From Candidatus Cloacimonadales bacterium (GTDB lineage: Bacteria; Cloacimonadota; Cloacimonadia; Cloacimonadales; JAFGVF01), in the NCBI GenBank assembly GCA_963662585.1, contig OY759729.1, forward strand, positions 992,001 through 1,056,000: 64,000 nt of DNA, in the 5' to 3' direction. This document shows positions 20,348 through 31,621 of this stretch, piece by piece. The notes under the pieces are model-generated. The model saw only the letters and a list, made by a program, of their open reading frames with translations, searched no databases and had not been told where the DNA came from. The position numbers and the translations under genes were made by a program. Each line of letters begins with the position of its first letter. Position 1 is the first letter of the stretch.

Positions 20348-21718
20348 ATGATAGATCATACCGAATTAACCCCTAAAAGAATTGTTGAAGAGTTAGATAA
20401 ATATATTATAGGGCAAGATGAAGCAAAGAAATCAGTTGCTATTGCCTTAAGAAATAGATGGAGAAGACAGAGAGTAGAACCTGAGCTTCAAAATGAAATA
20501 GTTCCTAATAATATTATTATGATAGGTCCTACAGGAGTTGGTAAAACTGAAATTGCTAGACGCTTATCCAAGTTAGCCAATGCTCCTTTCATCAAAGTAG
20601 AAGCTTCTAAATTTACCGAAGTAGGATATGTAGGCAGAGATGTAGAATCAATGGTTAGAGAGTTAATGGCCTTAGCGATTAACCAGGTTAATGCCCAGAT
20701 GTTAGAAGATGTTCAAATTGATGCTGAGAAGAAAGCTCGCGAGATTGTTCTTAACAAACTCATCTCCCCTATTGGCTCTAAAGATATTGATGAAACTGAA
20801 GATAATTATCAAGAGAGACTTGATAGATATAATCGCTCCCGAGCTAAAATGGAATCTATGCTAGATGAAGGGAAATTAGACGAACGCAAGATAGATATTG
20901 AAGTTAATGATATGCCTAAAAGACCTCAAGTTGAAGTATTCTCTAATAGTGGCATGGAGATGATTGATTCAGACTTGCAAGAAATGCTGAGCAATTTGAT
21001 GAGTAAAGGTAGTAAACGAAAGAAGAGATCTTTCTTTGTTAAAGAAGCACTTAGCTACTTCCAAGAGATTGAAGCCCAGAAATTAGTAAAAAAAGAAAGT
21101 GTTGTAGAAATAGCTAAAGATTTAGTAGAAAATCAAGGCATAATCTTTATTGATGAGATAGACAAAATTGCTTCTACTGATAAGAAATCAAGTGCTGATG
21201 TTTCTCGTTCAGGGGTTCAAAGAGATCTCTTACCTATTGTGGAAGGTTCTAATGTCCCAACCAAACATGGAATTATTAAGACAGACCATATTCTCTTTAT
21301 CGCTGCTGGTGCTTTCCATGTAGCTAAACCATCAGATTTGATTCCTGAACTTCAAGGAAGATTCCCAATTAGAGTTGAACTAAATAGCTTAACTGCTTCT
21401 GATTTTGAGAAGATATTAACCTTCCCAGAGAATTCTCTAACTAAACAATATATAGCTCTTTTCCAAACTGAAAAAGTCAAACTTTCCTTTACCAAAAAGG
21501 CTATAAAATCCATAGCTTATTACGCCTATAAAGCTAATGAGAAAATGGAAGATATAGGTGCAAGAAGACTTCATACTATCCTCAATAAACTTATGGAAAC
21601 TTATCTTTTTGAAATGCCTACTAAGAAATATAAAACTGTTAAAATTGATGAAGATTTTGTCACATCTATCATTAGTGATGTTGTAGATAATGAAGATCTT
21701 TCTCGCTATATTCTTTAA
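20348..21718 (+). CDS. hslU: ATP-dependent protease ATPase subunit HslU
   Basis: GPTGVGKTEIARR, KFTEVGYVGRDVES, IDEIDKI, GVQRDLLP, IGARRLHT. Confidence 0.96.
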   Translation: MIDHTELTPKRIVEELDKYIIGQDEAKKSVAIALRNRWRRQRVEPELQNEIVPNNIIMIGPTGVGKTEIARRLSKLANAPFIKVEASKFTEVGYVGRDVESMVRELMALAINQVNAQMLEDVQIDAEKKAREIVLNKLISPIGSKDIDETEDNYQERLDRYNRSRAKMESMLDEGKLDERKIDIEVNDMPKRPQVEVFSNSGMEMIDSDLQEMLSNLMSKGSKRKKRSFFVKEALSYFQEIEAQKLVKKESVVEIAKDLVENQGIIFIDEIDKIASTDKKSSADVSRSGVQRDLLPIVEGSNVPTKHGIIKTDHILFIAAGAFHVAKPSDLIPELQGRFPIRVELNSLTASDFEKILTFPENSLTKQYIALFQTEKVKLSFTKKAIKSIAYYAYKANEKMEDIGARRLHTILNKLMETYLFEMPTKKYKTVKIDEDFVTSIISDVVDNEDLSRYIL

Positions 21719-21753
21719 TCAATTATGCAAATAAATTTTAAAGTGAGTTAATA

Positions 21754-22209
21754 ATGCTTAAAAGAAGCTTCTTACTAATGTTAATTCTAGGATTTTCGAT
21801 TTCCCTCTTCTCCTATGATACAGGGAAATCCCCTTCTAAAGCTGCATTTTACTCCTTTATTGTGCCCGGTGGAGGCCAATACTACAATGAATCCCCGTGG
21901 AAATCTGTCTTATGGGGAGGTTCAGAAGTCGGCTTTATAGCACTTACCACCTATCACCATAGTAAATTTAAGGACTACAAAGACAAGAGAGCCAAGGCGA
22001 CTACTACAGAAGAGTGGAATAAATGGGATAGAAAAGCTGGCGACCAACTCCATAAACGCAATAATGGTTTCTGGTGGCTTGGTTCAACCATAATTCTCTC
22101 TATGATGGATGCTTTCGTTGATGCTGCTCTATTTGATTACGATGAAGAAGAGAAAAAACTCAATCTCCAGTTTACCTATAACTACTTGGGCCTACAATTT
22201 AAATTCTAA
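21754..22209 (+). CDS. Exported/membrane protein, DUF5683-like
   Basis: Signal peptide; KSPSKAAFYSFIVPGGGQYYN and SMMDAFVDAAL motifs; C-terminal aromatic beta-strand. Confidence 0.65.
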   Translation: MLKRSFLLMLILGFSISLFSYDTGKSPSKAAFYSFIVPGGGQYYNESPWKSVLWGGSEVGFIALTTYHHSKFKDYKDKRAKATTTEEWNKWDRKAGDQLHKRNNGFWWLGSTIILSMMDAFVDAALFDYDEEEKKLNLQFTYNYLGLQFKF

Positions 22210-22330
22210 GCTCGCCTTTAATTATCCCCATTACCTATACTATTTTAAAGAACTTTTAAATACTAAATATAACTTATTTTATTAAATTATTGACAAATCC
22301 CATAATCTATAAAAAAATGATAATAAGTAA

Positions 22331-22894
<564 letters not shown>

Positions 22895-22899
22895 ATTCA

Positions 22900-23706
22900 A
22901 TGTCATTTTGGGAAAAATATAAAAATATAATTAAGAGTAATAACTCTTATGTCTGTGTTGGTTTAGATAGTGAATTATGTAAATTACCTACTCATCTTTT
23001 AGAGAGTGAAGACCCAATATTCGAATTTAATAAAGCAATAATTGATGCAACCAAGGATTTAGTTGCTTGCTATAAACCTAATTTCGCCTTTTACCTTTCA
23101 CAAGGACTAAAATCACTTGCTTCACTAGAAAAAACCATAGCCTACATACCAGACCATATTCCTGTTATCCTAGATGTTAAAACAGGCGATATAGGTAATA
23201 CTATGTCTAATTATGCTAAGGCTTTTTTTACTGACTGGAAAGTAGATGCAATCACTTGCAATCCTTTAATGGGAAATGATGTTATGAAAGCCCTTATGCC
23301 TTTTGAGGATAACTTCTCTTTCCTATTAGCTCTTACTTCTAATCCTTCAGCTACTGATTATCTGAAGCCAAATACTTTATATAAAAGAATCTCAACAGAT
23401 ATATCTAACTTACCAAATACTCAGTTTGGTGCTGTTGTTGGAGCAACAAATTCTCAAGAACTTAATGAACTAAGAAAATTAATGCCTGAAAGCCTCTTTT
23501 TAGTACCTGGAATAGGTGCTCAAGGTGGTTCTCTTAAGGATGTAGTGACAAATACACTATATTCACAAGAAGATGCTCGTTTCCTAATTAATTCTTCAAG
23601 AGGGATTATATTTGCAGATTCTTCCTTAAACTTTGCTCAAGTAGCTCGTGAAAAAACAGAATTATTAAAGAATGAAATAAATAATATTATCTTAGAAATG
23701 AACTAA
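22900..23706 (+). CDS. pyrF: Orotidine-5'-phosphate decarboxylase (type 2)
   Basis: CVGLD, YKPNFAFY, LDVKTGDIGNT, TSNP, GAVVGAT, LVPGIGAQGG, NSSRGII. Confidence 0.94.
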   Translation: MSFWEKYKNIIKSNNSYVCVGLDSELCKLPTHLLESEDPIFEFNKAIIDATKDLVACYKPNFAFYLSQGLKSLASLEKTIAYIPDHIPVILDVKTGDIGNTMSNYAKAFFTDWKVDAITCNPLMGNDVMKALMPFEDNFSFLLALTSNPSATDYLKPNTLYKRISTDISNLPNTQFGAVVGATNSQELNELRKLMPESLFLVPGIGAQGGSLKDVVTNTLYSQEDARFLINSSRGIIFADSSLNFAQVAREKTELLKNEINNIILEMN

Positions 23707-23725
23707 TTTAAGGATAAAGTAAGTT

Positions 23726-24202
23726 ATGAATAATAGACCAAACTGGCAGAAGTATTTTATTGATATGGCATATTTAGTATCATCTCGCTCAACTTGTTTA
23801 AGACGAAAAGTTGGTGCTGTAATTGTTAAAAATAATCAAGTATTATCTACTGGTTATAATGGAGCTCCTAAAAGTGTTCCTCACTGTTCAATTACAGGTT
23901 GTTTACGAGAACAGATGAATGTTCCATCAGGTGAAAGACATGAACTCTGTAGGGGTGTTCATGCAGAACAAAATGCTATAATTCAAGCTGCAGTAAATGG
24001 CACATCCATCCAAAATGGTGAGCTTTATTGCACTACTCAACCATGTATTATTTGCGCCAAAATGATTATTAACTCTGAAATAAAAAGAGTTTTTGTCGCT
24101 GAAAGCTATAATGATACAATGTCTTTAGAAATGCTTACCCAAGCAAATGTTGAACTAATTAAAGTTAACAGAGAAACAGGGCAACTAACAAAATTAAATT
24201 GA
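23726..24202 (+). CDS. dCMP deaminase (ComEB family)
   Basis: [21 protein letters not shown] and PCIIC zinc motifs. Confidence 0.9.
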   Translation: MNNRPNWQKYFIDMAYLVSSRSTCLRRKVGAVIVKNNQVLSTGYNGAPKSVPHCSITGCLREQMNVPSGERHELCRGVHAEQNAIIQAAVNGTSIQNGELYCTTQPCIICAKMIINSEIKRVFVAESYNDTMSLEMLTQANVELIKVNRETGQLTKLN

Positions 24203-24210
24203 GGTTTTCT

Positions 24211-25446
24211 ATGAAAAGAGCTATCCTATTATTACTAACATTATCTATATCTATAATTTCGGCTAGAACACTAACCTTGGATGAAGCTGTTAATACTGCT
24301 TTAAATAATTCCAACGAAAGTAAGCAAAACGAAATTAACTTGAAGAAAGTTAATTCCAGCTATAAATCTACTCTGTGGGATATAGCTCCAGATGGCTCAA
24401 TAAGTTATAACTGGTCTCATTCTAATAGTAATATATCAAAAAGTGCAGGACTATCTATTAGTAAGAGTATTCAATCTACTCTACCTGATTACTTTAACTG
24501 GAAATCAGCCAAGCATAATATTAATATCACTAATATTAATTCTGACAAAACAAGAAAGTCTATTGCTTGGAATGTTTTAAATTCTTATGTTGATCTTCTC
24601 TTGAATCAAAAGAAATTAGAAGTATATTCTAAGAATTACCAAGTTCAATTAGATATTTTGCAAGAGACTAAGCTTCTTAAAGACCAAGGTAGAAAAACAA
24701 CTTATGAGTATAATCAAGTTGAGATTAACGCATTAAATAGTCAATTAACCCTTATTGATGCCCAAAAAAATATCAGTAAAAAGATGAGAAGTCTTCTTTT
24801 ATTACTCAATATTGAAGCTGATACTCTCTCACTTGAGGATATAGAATTAGATATTAAACCAGAATATGAGTTTAACATTGAACAAGAAAAATCTTTATCT
24901 ATCATCATTAGTGAGCTAAACATTGAGCACAAGAAGCTTTTATTACAAGAAGATAGATTGAGATTTCTTCCTAACCTAACAGCATCTTGGTCATATTACT
25001 CTAACTCTGTAAATAATGAACCTTTTAAATTTGATAATTATAATAAAGGCAATACTTGGAGTCTATCTTTAAGTTACCCTCTCTTGAACTTCTTTAAACA
25101 GAAAGAAGTACATTTTAGGAATAAAGAAGAATTAATATCTTCCCAGATAAGTTTGGATCAACAAATAGAAGAGTTTAAAACAGATTATCAAAACTTGGTT
25201 TCAGATTTAGAGAATCTCTTTGTTAGAAAAAATATTAATGATAGAATTTTAGAACAATCTCAACAGAATTTCGAAATAGCTAAAACAAATTTCAATATCG
25301 GAATTATAAAATCAATTGAATTGGAACAATCTAAAACTGATTTAAGAGAAGCTGAATTGAACAACTTAGATATAGATTATCAAATATATCTACAAGAACA
25401 AGCAATAAATCATCTTTTATCAAAAAAGATTGCTAACAAATGGTAG
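24211..25446 (+). CDS. TolC-family outer membrane protein (start corrected to ATG at 24211)
   Basis: Signal peptide, LTLDEAVNTALNNS, two OEP-like halves (FLPNLTASWSY, WSLSLSYPL); sits upstream of a periplasmic adaptor. Confidence 0.8.
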   Translation: MKRAILLLLTLSISIISARTLTLDEAVNTALNNSNESKQNEINLKKVNSSYKSTLWDIAPDGSISYNWSHSNSNISKSAGLSISKSIQSTLPDYFNWKSAKHNINITNINSDKTRKSIAWNVLNSYVDLLLNQKKLEVYSKNYQVQLDILQETKLLKDQGRKTTYEYNQVEINALNSQLTLIDAQKNISKKMRSLLLLLNIEADTLSLEDIELDIKPEYEFNIEQEKSLSIIISELNIEHKKLLLQEDRLRFLPNLTASWSYYSNSVNNEPFKFDNYNKGNTWSLSLSYPLLNFFKQKEVHFRNKEELISSQISLDQQIEEFKTDYQNLVSDLENLFVRKNINDRILEQSQQNFEIAKTNFNIGIIKSIELEQSKTDLREAELNNLDIDYQIYLQEQAINHLLSKKIANKW

Positions 25447-25452
25447 GGCATA

Positions 25453-26571
25453 ATGAAGAAAGTATTTAAAGTTATTATTATATTAGTAGTTATTCTTTCA
25501 GTAGGTTATTTTGGATTTAAGTATTTAACTAAAAAGAATATTAAGGAAAAAGAGAAAACACTATTTGAGCTTAAAACAGCCAAAGTAGAATTAGGCGAAA
25601 TTGCTACTCAAATTGATATTACAGGTGAAATTGAACCTGAGACAATTGTGGAAATAAAATCTAAAGTTTCAGGTAAAATCATTAAGTTTTCCAAGAACAT
25701 TAATGATTTTGTTAAAACTGGAGATTTGATTGCTACAATAGAAATAGACTATCAACAAGCTAATACAATTACTAATACCAGATCTAATTTAGATTTGGCT
25801 GATATTAGATATAAATGGGCAAAAAGAGACCTTGATGATATTAAAACTCAATATGAAGCAGGTTTTGAAACTAAATATAATTATGATACTGCTGAAAAGA
25901 ATTTAGAGCAAGCAGAATTGAATTATAATATTGCCTTAGAACAGTATAAACAAGTTGAAGAAATTGATACTAAAGGAGAAGAATCAAAAATCTATGCTTC
26001 TGTTAGCGGTACTGTTATTACTCGTACCGTAGAAGAAGGAGAAATGATCTCTTCTATAGGTCTAGGTAATTCAGATGGTACAGCAATTATGCAAATCGCA
26101 GACCTTTCTCAAATGATAGTTAAATCTAATATTAATGAAATAGATATTAACAAATATAAAGAGGGACAGACTGCTACTATAACAGTACCGGCCAACCCTG
26201 AACATACATATAATGGGATTATTACCCAAGTAGCTGTAATGGCTCAAAGCGTGAACAATGTTAAAGTTTTCCCTATTGAGATTGAACTTATCGATGTTGA
26301 TGAATTTGTGAAACCTGGTATGACTGCCGAAATCACTATTAAAGGCCAATCTAAAAGTGATATTCCTATCATACCTATTACTGCTCTTTTCAGTAACGAA
26401 AAAGGTGAGGATGTAGTATATACAGTTGAAAATAATACAATTAAAGAGACCAAAGTAATCGTTACAGGAATCAACAATCTAACCCATGTTGAAGTTTTGA
26501 GCGGTATTGAGGTTGGAGAGGAAGTCTCTTTAGTACCACCTTCCTTACTAATGAATGGAGAGATGAATTAA
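25453..26571 (+). CDS. Efflux periplasmic adaptor subunit (MacA/HlyD family)
   Basis: N-terminal TM; IKSKVSGKI lipoyl half; coiled-coil hairpin; IYASVSGTV; INEIDI; KPGMTA; VEVLSGIEVGEEV. Confidence 0.9.
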   Translation: MKKVFKVIIILVVILSVGYFGFKYLTKKNIKEKEKTLFELKTAKVELGEIATQIDITGEIEPETIVEIKSKVSGKIIKFSKNINDFVKTGDLIATIEIDYQQANTITNTRSNLDLADIRYKWAKRDLDDIKTQYEAGFETKYNYDTAEKNLEQAELNYNIALEQYKQVEEIDTKGEESKIYASVSGTVITRTVEEGEMISSIGLGNSDGTAIMQIADLSQMIVKSNINEIDINKYKEGQTATITVPANPEHTYNGIITQVAVMAQSVNNVKVFPIEIELIDVDEFVKPGMTAEITIKGQSKSDIPIIPITALFSNEKGEDVVYTVENNTIKETKVIVTGINNLTHVEVLSGIEVGEEVSLVPPSLLMNGEMN

Positions 26572-26572
26572 T

Positions 26573-27244
26573 ATGGATGATAAGAAGAAAAGAATAATAT
26601 ATCTTATTTTAGTATTCATTCTAGCCCTTGCTTTTATTACCCTCTATTTGCTTGATAATAATATGACAAAAAGCGAGGGAAAAGATGCTTTTTCTGTTGT
26701 GTATGAGACAATAGAACCTGCTCTTAACAATGAAGTTAATGACGATACTAATACTACTAATCCAGAAAAGAGTGAAACAACTCTTAATTATGAGAAAGTT
26801 CAGATTATCAATTGGGATATAAGTAGTATTGATTCACTTCAGATTTTTAGCCAAAGAAAAGATTTTACTCTCATTAATCATGATGAGGACAGATGGTCAA
26901 TAAGATCTGTTAGATTAGATGAGAAAATACCTAAGGCTAATCGTGCGAAATGGAGAATCTTAAATATCTTCACCCACCTAATAACTAACAATTATTTAAC
27001 AAAAGATTATTCCGAATTGGCAAAATACTTTGAATACCCGATCTGTACAGTCCTATCTAACTTTAAAGATGGAACTCAGCAGAAATTAGTTTTTATCAGA
27101 ATAGCTGAAGTGAATGACTCCAGCCAGGAAGTCGAAATGAAAACATGGATTAGAGTAAATGATGAAACTGTTGTTTATTCAGTTACTTACAACACTCTAG
27201 AAAGATTTCTCGTCCAAGAGAAAGAGTTTCTTAAAATTTATTAA
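26573..27244 (+). CDS. Single-TM membrane-anchored protein, DUF4340-like
   Basis: N-terminal TM; pattern I..LQI...FTL....W...DG....L......WIRV......VYSV resembles DUF4340. Confidence 0.5.
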   Translation: MDDKKKRIIYLILVFILALAFITLYLLDNNMTKSEGKDAFSVVYETIEPALNNEVNDDTNTTNPEKSETTLNYEKVQIINWDISSIDSLQIFSQRKDFTLINHDEDRWSIRSVRLDEKIPKANRAKWRILNIFTHLITNNYLTKDYSELAKYFEYPICTVLSNFKDGTQQKLVFIRIAEVNDSSQEVEMKTWIRVNDETVVYSVTYNTLERFLVQEKEFLKIY

Positions 27245-27265
27245 TATTATTGGAGGATATAGAAA

Positions 27266-28411
27266 ATGGATTATTTCCTAACTGAAGATCAATTAGAAAT
27301 GAAAGAAATTGCAAGAAGAATTGCCCAAGAAAAGATAAAACCTTTATCAGAAGAGTACGATGAAAAGGGTATTTTCCCTTGGGATATCGTAGAAATTATG
27401 GCTCAGAGTGACCTATTTGCGGTTCTTGTTCCAGAAGAGTATGATGGAATCAGTGGTAAAGTGTTAGACCTATCAATTGTTACTGAAGAGCTTTCAAAAG
27501 TTGATACAGGTATTGCTTTAGCATTTGGTGCTACAGGTTTAGGATTATATCCTATTTTATTATCAGGTTCAGAAGAACAAAAGCAAAAATGGTTACCACA
27601 AATTGCTGCTGGTAAGAGATTAGCTGCTTTTGCCTTAACCGAAGCTAATGCTGGTTCTGATGCAGGAGCTATAGAAACAACAGCGACAGCAGACGGTGAT
27701 CATTATATCCTTAATGGAACAAAACAGTGGATAACAAATGGTGGAGATGCAGAGATTTACACTGTGTTTGCAATGACTAATAAAGCAAAAGGTGCACGCG
27801 GTTGCTCATGTTTTGTAGTAGAAAAGGGAACACCAGGTTTTGAGTTTGGTAAAAAAGAGAATAAGATGGGTATCCGTTCTTCTTCCACTCGCGAATTAAT
27901 CTTTGATAATTGTAGAGTTCCTAAAGAGAATATGATTGGTAAAGAAGGAACTGGTTTTATCACTGCGATGAAAACTTTTGATAAGTCTCGTCCTATGGTA
28001 GGCTCCCAAGCAGTTGGTGTGGCAGCAGGCGCATTAGATATTGCAGCTAAATACTCTAAAGAAAGATACCAATTTGGCAAACCAATCTCTGCCTTCCAAG
28101 GTGTTCAATTTATGTTAGCTGACATGGCTACTCAAGTTGAAGCAGCTCGTGCTTTAGTTTATCAAACAGCTAGAATGATTGATGCAGGTTCTAAGAAATT
28201 TAGTAAAGAGTCTGCTATGTGTAAATATTTTGCTTCAGATGTTGCCATGAAAGTTACAACTGATGCAGTCCAGATTCTTGGTGGATATGGCTATATGAAA
28301 GAATATCCTGTAGAAAAGATGATGCGTGATGCTAAGATTCTTCAAATTTATGAAGGAACAAATCAGATTCAAAGAACAATTGTCGCATCAAATTTATTAA
28401 AAGAGTATTAG
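27266..28411 (+). CDS. Acyl-CoA dehydrogenase (short-chain/butyryl-CoA type)
   Basis: FALTEANAGSD, LNGTKQWITNG, KMGIR, RYQFGKPI, QILGGYGY, IYEGTNQIQR. Confidence 0.93.
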   Translation: MDYFLTEDQLEMKEIARRIAQEKIKPLSEEYDEKGIFPWDIVEIMAQSDLFAVLVPEEYDGISGKVLDLSIVTEELSKVDTGIALAFGATGLGLYPILLSGSEEQKQKWLPQIAAGKRLAAFALTEANAGSDAGAIETTATADGDHYILNGTKQWITNGGDAEIYTVFAMTNKAKGARGCSCFVVEKGTPGFEFGKKENKMGIRSSSTRELIFDNCRVPKENMIGKEGTGFITAMKTFDKSRPMVGSQAVGVAAGALDIAAKYSKERYQFGKPISAFQGVQFMLADMATQVEAARALVYQTARMIDAGSKKFSKESAMCKYFASDVAMKVTTDAVQILGGYGYMKEYPVEKMMRDAKILQIYEGTNQIQRTIVASNLLKEY

Positions 28412-28418
28412 TTTTTTT

Positions 28419-28456
28419 GTATCGGGATAGGATGACCTATTCCGATACCCTTTTTT
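28419..28456 (+). terminator. Terminator after the acyl-CoA dehydrogenase gene
   Basis: Stem GTATCGGGATAGG/CCTATTCCGATAC, then CC and a T6 run. Confidence 0.75.
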
Positions 28457-28610
28457 GGTTGTAGAGGCAAGTAATTTCTTAATATTAGCATAGATTATGT
28501 AAAAATGCTATATTTCTAAGAAATTTCTTGACTTTATTTCCTTAAAATTAACATAGTTTTTAAATATTATGAGAAAAATAAATAAAATAAACATAAGATG
28601 GAGCTTTTAG

Positions 28611-31535
28611 ATGAAGAAAAAGACAATAATCATCGAATCAGTTATACTGGTTACATCAATTATTCTTTTGGTGCTTTTCTTAGGGTTGCCCCAGATGTTG
28701 GATCTTAATAAAAGAGCTAACCAACAAAAAAACATTTCTCAACTTACTGAGTTGAGTCTATCAACAAATAAATTTTTAGATAAGTACATGTTTAGCATGA
28801 CTGCTGATCTATCCCGAATCAAAGAAAAAATGGAATATACACAGAGACTTAATGTCCCAGGAGACAGTAAATTCCAATATTTGGTATATGGTGGAGTTAA
28901 AGATGTTGATTTAAGATATGTTGTGTCATACGACCTATTTGATTTAATGAATCAGTATAATAAAGTAACTGATACTAACAAACAACAATTTATCAATTCA
29001 GTTAATGCTTATGTGATTTCAGCAAAACAAAGAATGTTAAATAGTCCAGAAAAAGAAAAATATAGTGATTATATTGGTTACTTAGATTTACTTATTTCCA
29101 AGCTAGATGATAATAACTATTTCAGAAGAGCTCAATACACAAAAACTATTGTTAATCCTGCTTTTGATGCCAACAAAGTTTCTCTTTTTGGTTCAATTGC
29201 CCAGAATTTCGTAGGTTCTGAGTTATTTAAAGATAGAAGACAGCAAGGTGCAATAATCCTTTATCTCTGCTATATTAATCAAGTTTCAGCTGAAAATGCT
29301 AGTCCTGAGCTCTTTGACAATTTCTATAGAGATTTTACTAATATTTTCAACTACACAAGCTATTATACAAGTTCTGCAGGTAATCCTTTAGAAGACGGTA
29401 TGAAGAGTGGAGAAGTTAAAGAAATGTTTAATAAAGAATTTAGAACTTTCTTCTTAGATTCTATTTATTATACAGACAAATTAAATAAAGGTATAATTGC
29501 TATTGGTACAAACGCTACTGTAGATCCTACTAATAGAGTATCAGACGAATATCTAAATGAACTAGTTAATACTTCTTACCAAAAAGAAGTTAATAAGGTT
29601 ATTGATGACTTATTAGCTCAATATCCTGGAGATTATGATGGATTTGCTACTGCTTTAAGAAATAAAATTAACTCATATAAAATGGCTGACATAGATAGAC
29701 AGATTATTGATATTTATGAATCAGTTTTTAATTACATGCAATATCAAGATTTCCTCTATAAATCAATCGATAAACAGAAAGATAATTTTGTTGCAAGTGA
29801 TTTTAATAATAAGTTCAACGATTTCTATCATAGTTATATTTTAAAGTATGATAAGACTGTCGTTCTTGCTGATTTAGCAAAGGCTATTGATAAAGAAAGA
29901 AACGATAATGAAAGAAACTTATTAAGCAGATTTAAGAACAATAATCTTCTAAAAGATTTCCGTACAGAGATGAAGACACAAGCTCCATTCTTAACTGCTT
30001 TCTACCGCTCAAAAGACTACTCTGATATTTTAAAAAATACTAAAAAGCAATTCATTGAAGAAAAGACTAAAGCTTTTGCAAATCAAGCAAAGACTTCTAA
30101 GTTAACTATTGAGAATTTAAAGAATAGCGTTTCTAATGATAAAATTATTGAAGATGCTCAATACAAGGAAGAGTTGAAAAACAAAATTGCTCAATGGGAA
30201 AATGAATTCACCTACATCCAATATGTTGCAACTATTGATAACCCTAATTCTTCTAAAGCAGGTATTCCTGAAGCAATTCTAGCTGATTCACTTAATGTTA
30301 GAAAGAACAATAAAGCTGTGATTGATAGATTAGTTGCTAGATTTAATGATGCTAAAGAGAATTACATAAAGAACGATTATAACAAATATAAATCTCTTTT
30401 CTCTTATGTTGATTATTGTGCCTCTCAGATAATTTCTACAATTAAAGTAGAAAGAGATGCTGAATTTAATGAATATAAAGATGCTGTATTGAAGATTACA
30501 TCTGATTTTATTACTGAAAAAGATTTCCCTGAATTCGAAAACGAATTAGTTTCTGATATCAGAAATCAGTTAAATGACCTTCATAAGAAGCATACTTTAG
30601 AAGTTGCTACTCTTTCTCCTGAATGGGTTGAAAAATTAGCTGCTCTTAATGCAAAGCTTACTGATCATGCAGAGTATCAAAAATTTGCTAAAGCAAATAG
30701 AATAGCTAATAATAGAATTCTATCTAAACAAGATATTGAAGCTTTCCAAGATGTTTCTATTAATCCAAACGGTTTAGTTTATTACTATAACTTCTATCTC
30801 TACTATACTAAAGACAAAATTGATAAGACTAGATTCTATAGTCAGTTCAGCAAAAGACAATTAGAGATTGCCAAAAAACGCTATGTTAATGATAAATTAG
30901 CTGCTACAGATACTGATTGGAATGACTTAGAAAAGCAGATTAAAATATTAGTAGATAGTAACGATCAAAATAAACGCGAAGAATTTACTTCTACTGTAGC
31001 ATTAACTCTTAAGAATTATAGAGATTTTATCAATAATACTTATAAATATGAAAATGCCTTTAACTTCAATGGAATCTTATCTGATTTATCTAGATCTGAA
31101 AACAACATTAAATTCTACCGTGGACCTATTGAATTTCCTTTCTATGACAAGGATGAATTCTATCTAATTTACGGAAGATTTATTGAAGAAGGTAATAAGA
31201 AAATTGGTATTTCACTTGTTACTTATACTGATATTCACAACTTCCCTAAAGCTAATGCTGTTGTTGTAAGAAACCTCGGCACTACTGATGAAGATGTGGC
31301 AGCAATCAAATCAAATCTTGAGAATAAACTGAATAAGTTAATTGCTCAATACCAAGAAGAGATTGTTAAATTAAGTCAGGAAAGAGAAGAATTCAGAAAT
31401 ATTAATGTGGTTCATAATAATGACCCAGATTATAAGATTACTACTCAAACTGTTCAAGCTAAAAAGATAATCAGAGAAAGATTTACTCTTGCTCTTGAAC
31501 AAATGATTGAAGATTTTGTTAGAGAAAATTATTAA
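28611..31535 (+). CDS. Hypothetical 974-aa membrane-anchored, largely helical protein
   Basis: Long ORF with GGAG SD and its own terminator; one N-terminal TM; no recognised motif. Confidence 0.8.
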   Translation: MKKKTIIIESVILVTSIILLVLFLGLPQMLDLNKRANQQKNISQLTELSLSTNKFLDKYMFSMTADLSRIKEKMEYTQRLNVPGDSKFQYLVYGGVKDVDLRYVVSYDLFDLMNQYNKVTDTNKQQFINSVNAYVISAKQRMLNSPEKEKYSDYIGYLDLLISKLDDNNYFRRAQYTKTIVNPAFDANKVSLFGSIAQNFVGSELFKDRRQQGAIILYLCYINQVSAENASPELFDNFYRDFTNIFNYTSYYTSSAGNPLEDGMKSGEVKEMFNKEFRTFFLDSIYYTDKLNKGIIAIGTNATVDPTNRVSDEYLNELVNTSYQKEVNKVIDDLLAQYPGDYDGFATALRNKINSYKMADIDRQIIDIYESVFNYMQYQDFLYKSIDKQKDNFVASDFNNKFNDFYHSYILKYDKTVVLADLAKAIDKERNDNERNLLSRFKNNNLLKDFRTEMKTQAPFLTAFYRSKDYSDILKNTKKQFIEEKTKAFANQAKTSKLTIENLKNSVSNDKIIEDAQYKEELKNKIAQWENEFTYIQYVATIDNPNSSKAGIPEAILADSLNVRKNNKAVIDRLVARFNDAKENYIKNDYNKYKSLFSYVDYCASQIISTIKVERDAEFNEYKDAVLKITSDFITEKDFPEFENELVSDIRNQLNDLHKKHTLEVATLSPEWVEKLAALNAKLTDHAEYQKFAKANRIANNRILSKQDIEAFQDVSINPNGLVYYYNFYLYYTKDKIDKTRFYSQFSKRQLEIAKKRYVNDKLAATDTDWNDLEKQIKILVDSNDQNKREEFTSTVALTLKNYRDFINNTYKYENAFNFNGILSDLSRSENNIKFYRGPIEFPFYDKDEFYLIYGRFIEEGNKKIGISLVTYTDIHNFPKANAVVVRNLGTTDEDVAAIKSNLENKLNKLIAQYQEEIVKLSQEREEFRNINVVHNNDPDYKITTQTVQAKKIIRERFTLALEQMIEDFVRENY

Positions 31536-31560
31536 TCTAATAATTAACTTTTAAATATAT

Positions 31561-31598
31561 GATGAGATACTTAATTTTTAGTATCTCATCTTTTTTTA
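31561..31598 (+). terminator. Terminator after the 974-aa gene
   Basis: Stem GATGAGATACT/AGTATCTCATC followed by a T-run. Confidence 0.8.
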
Positions 31599-31621
31599 GA
31601 TATCACTAGGGAGAAAAAATA

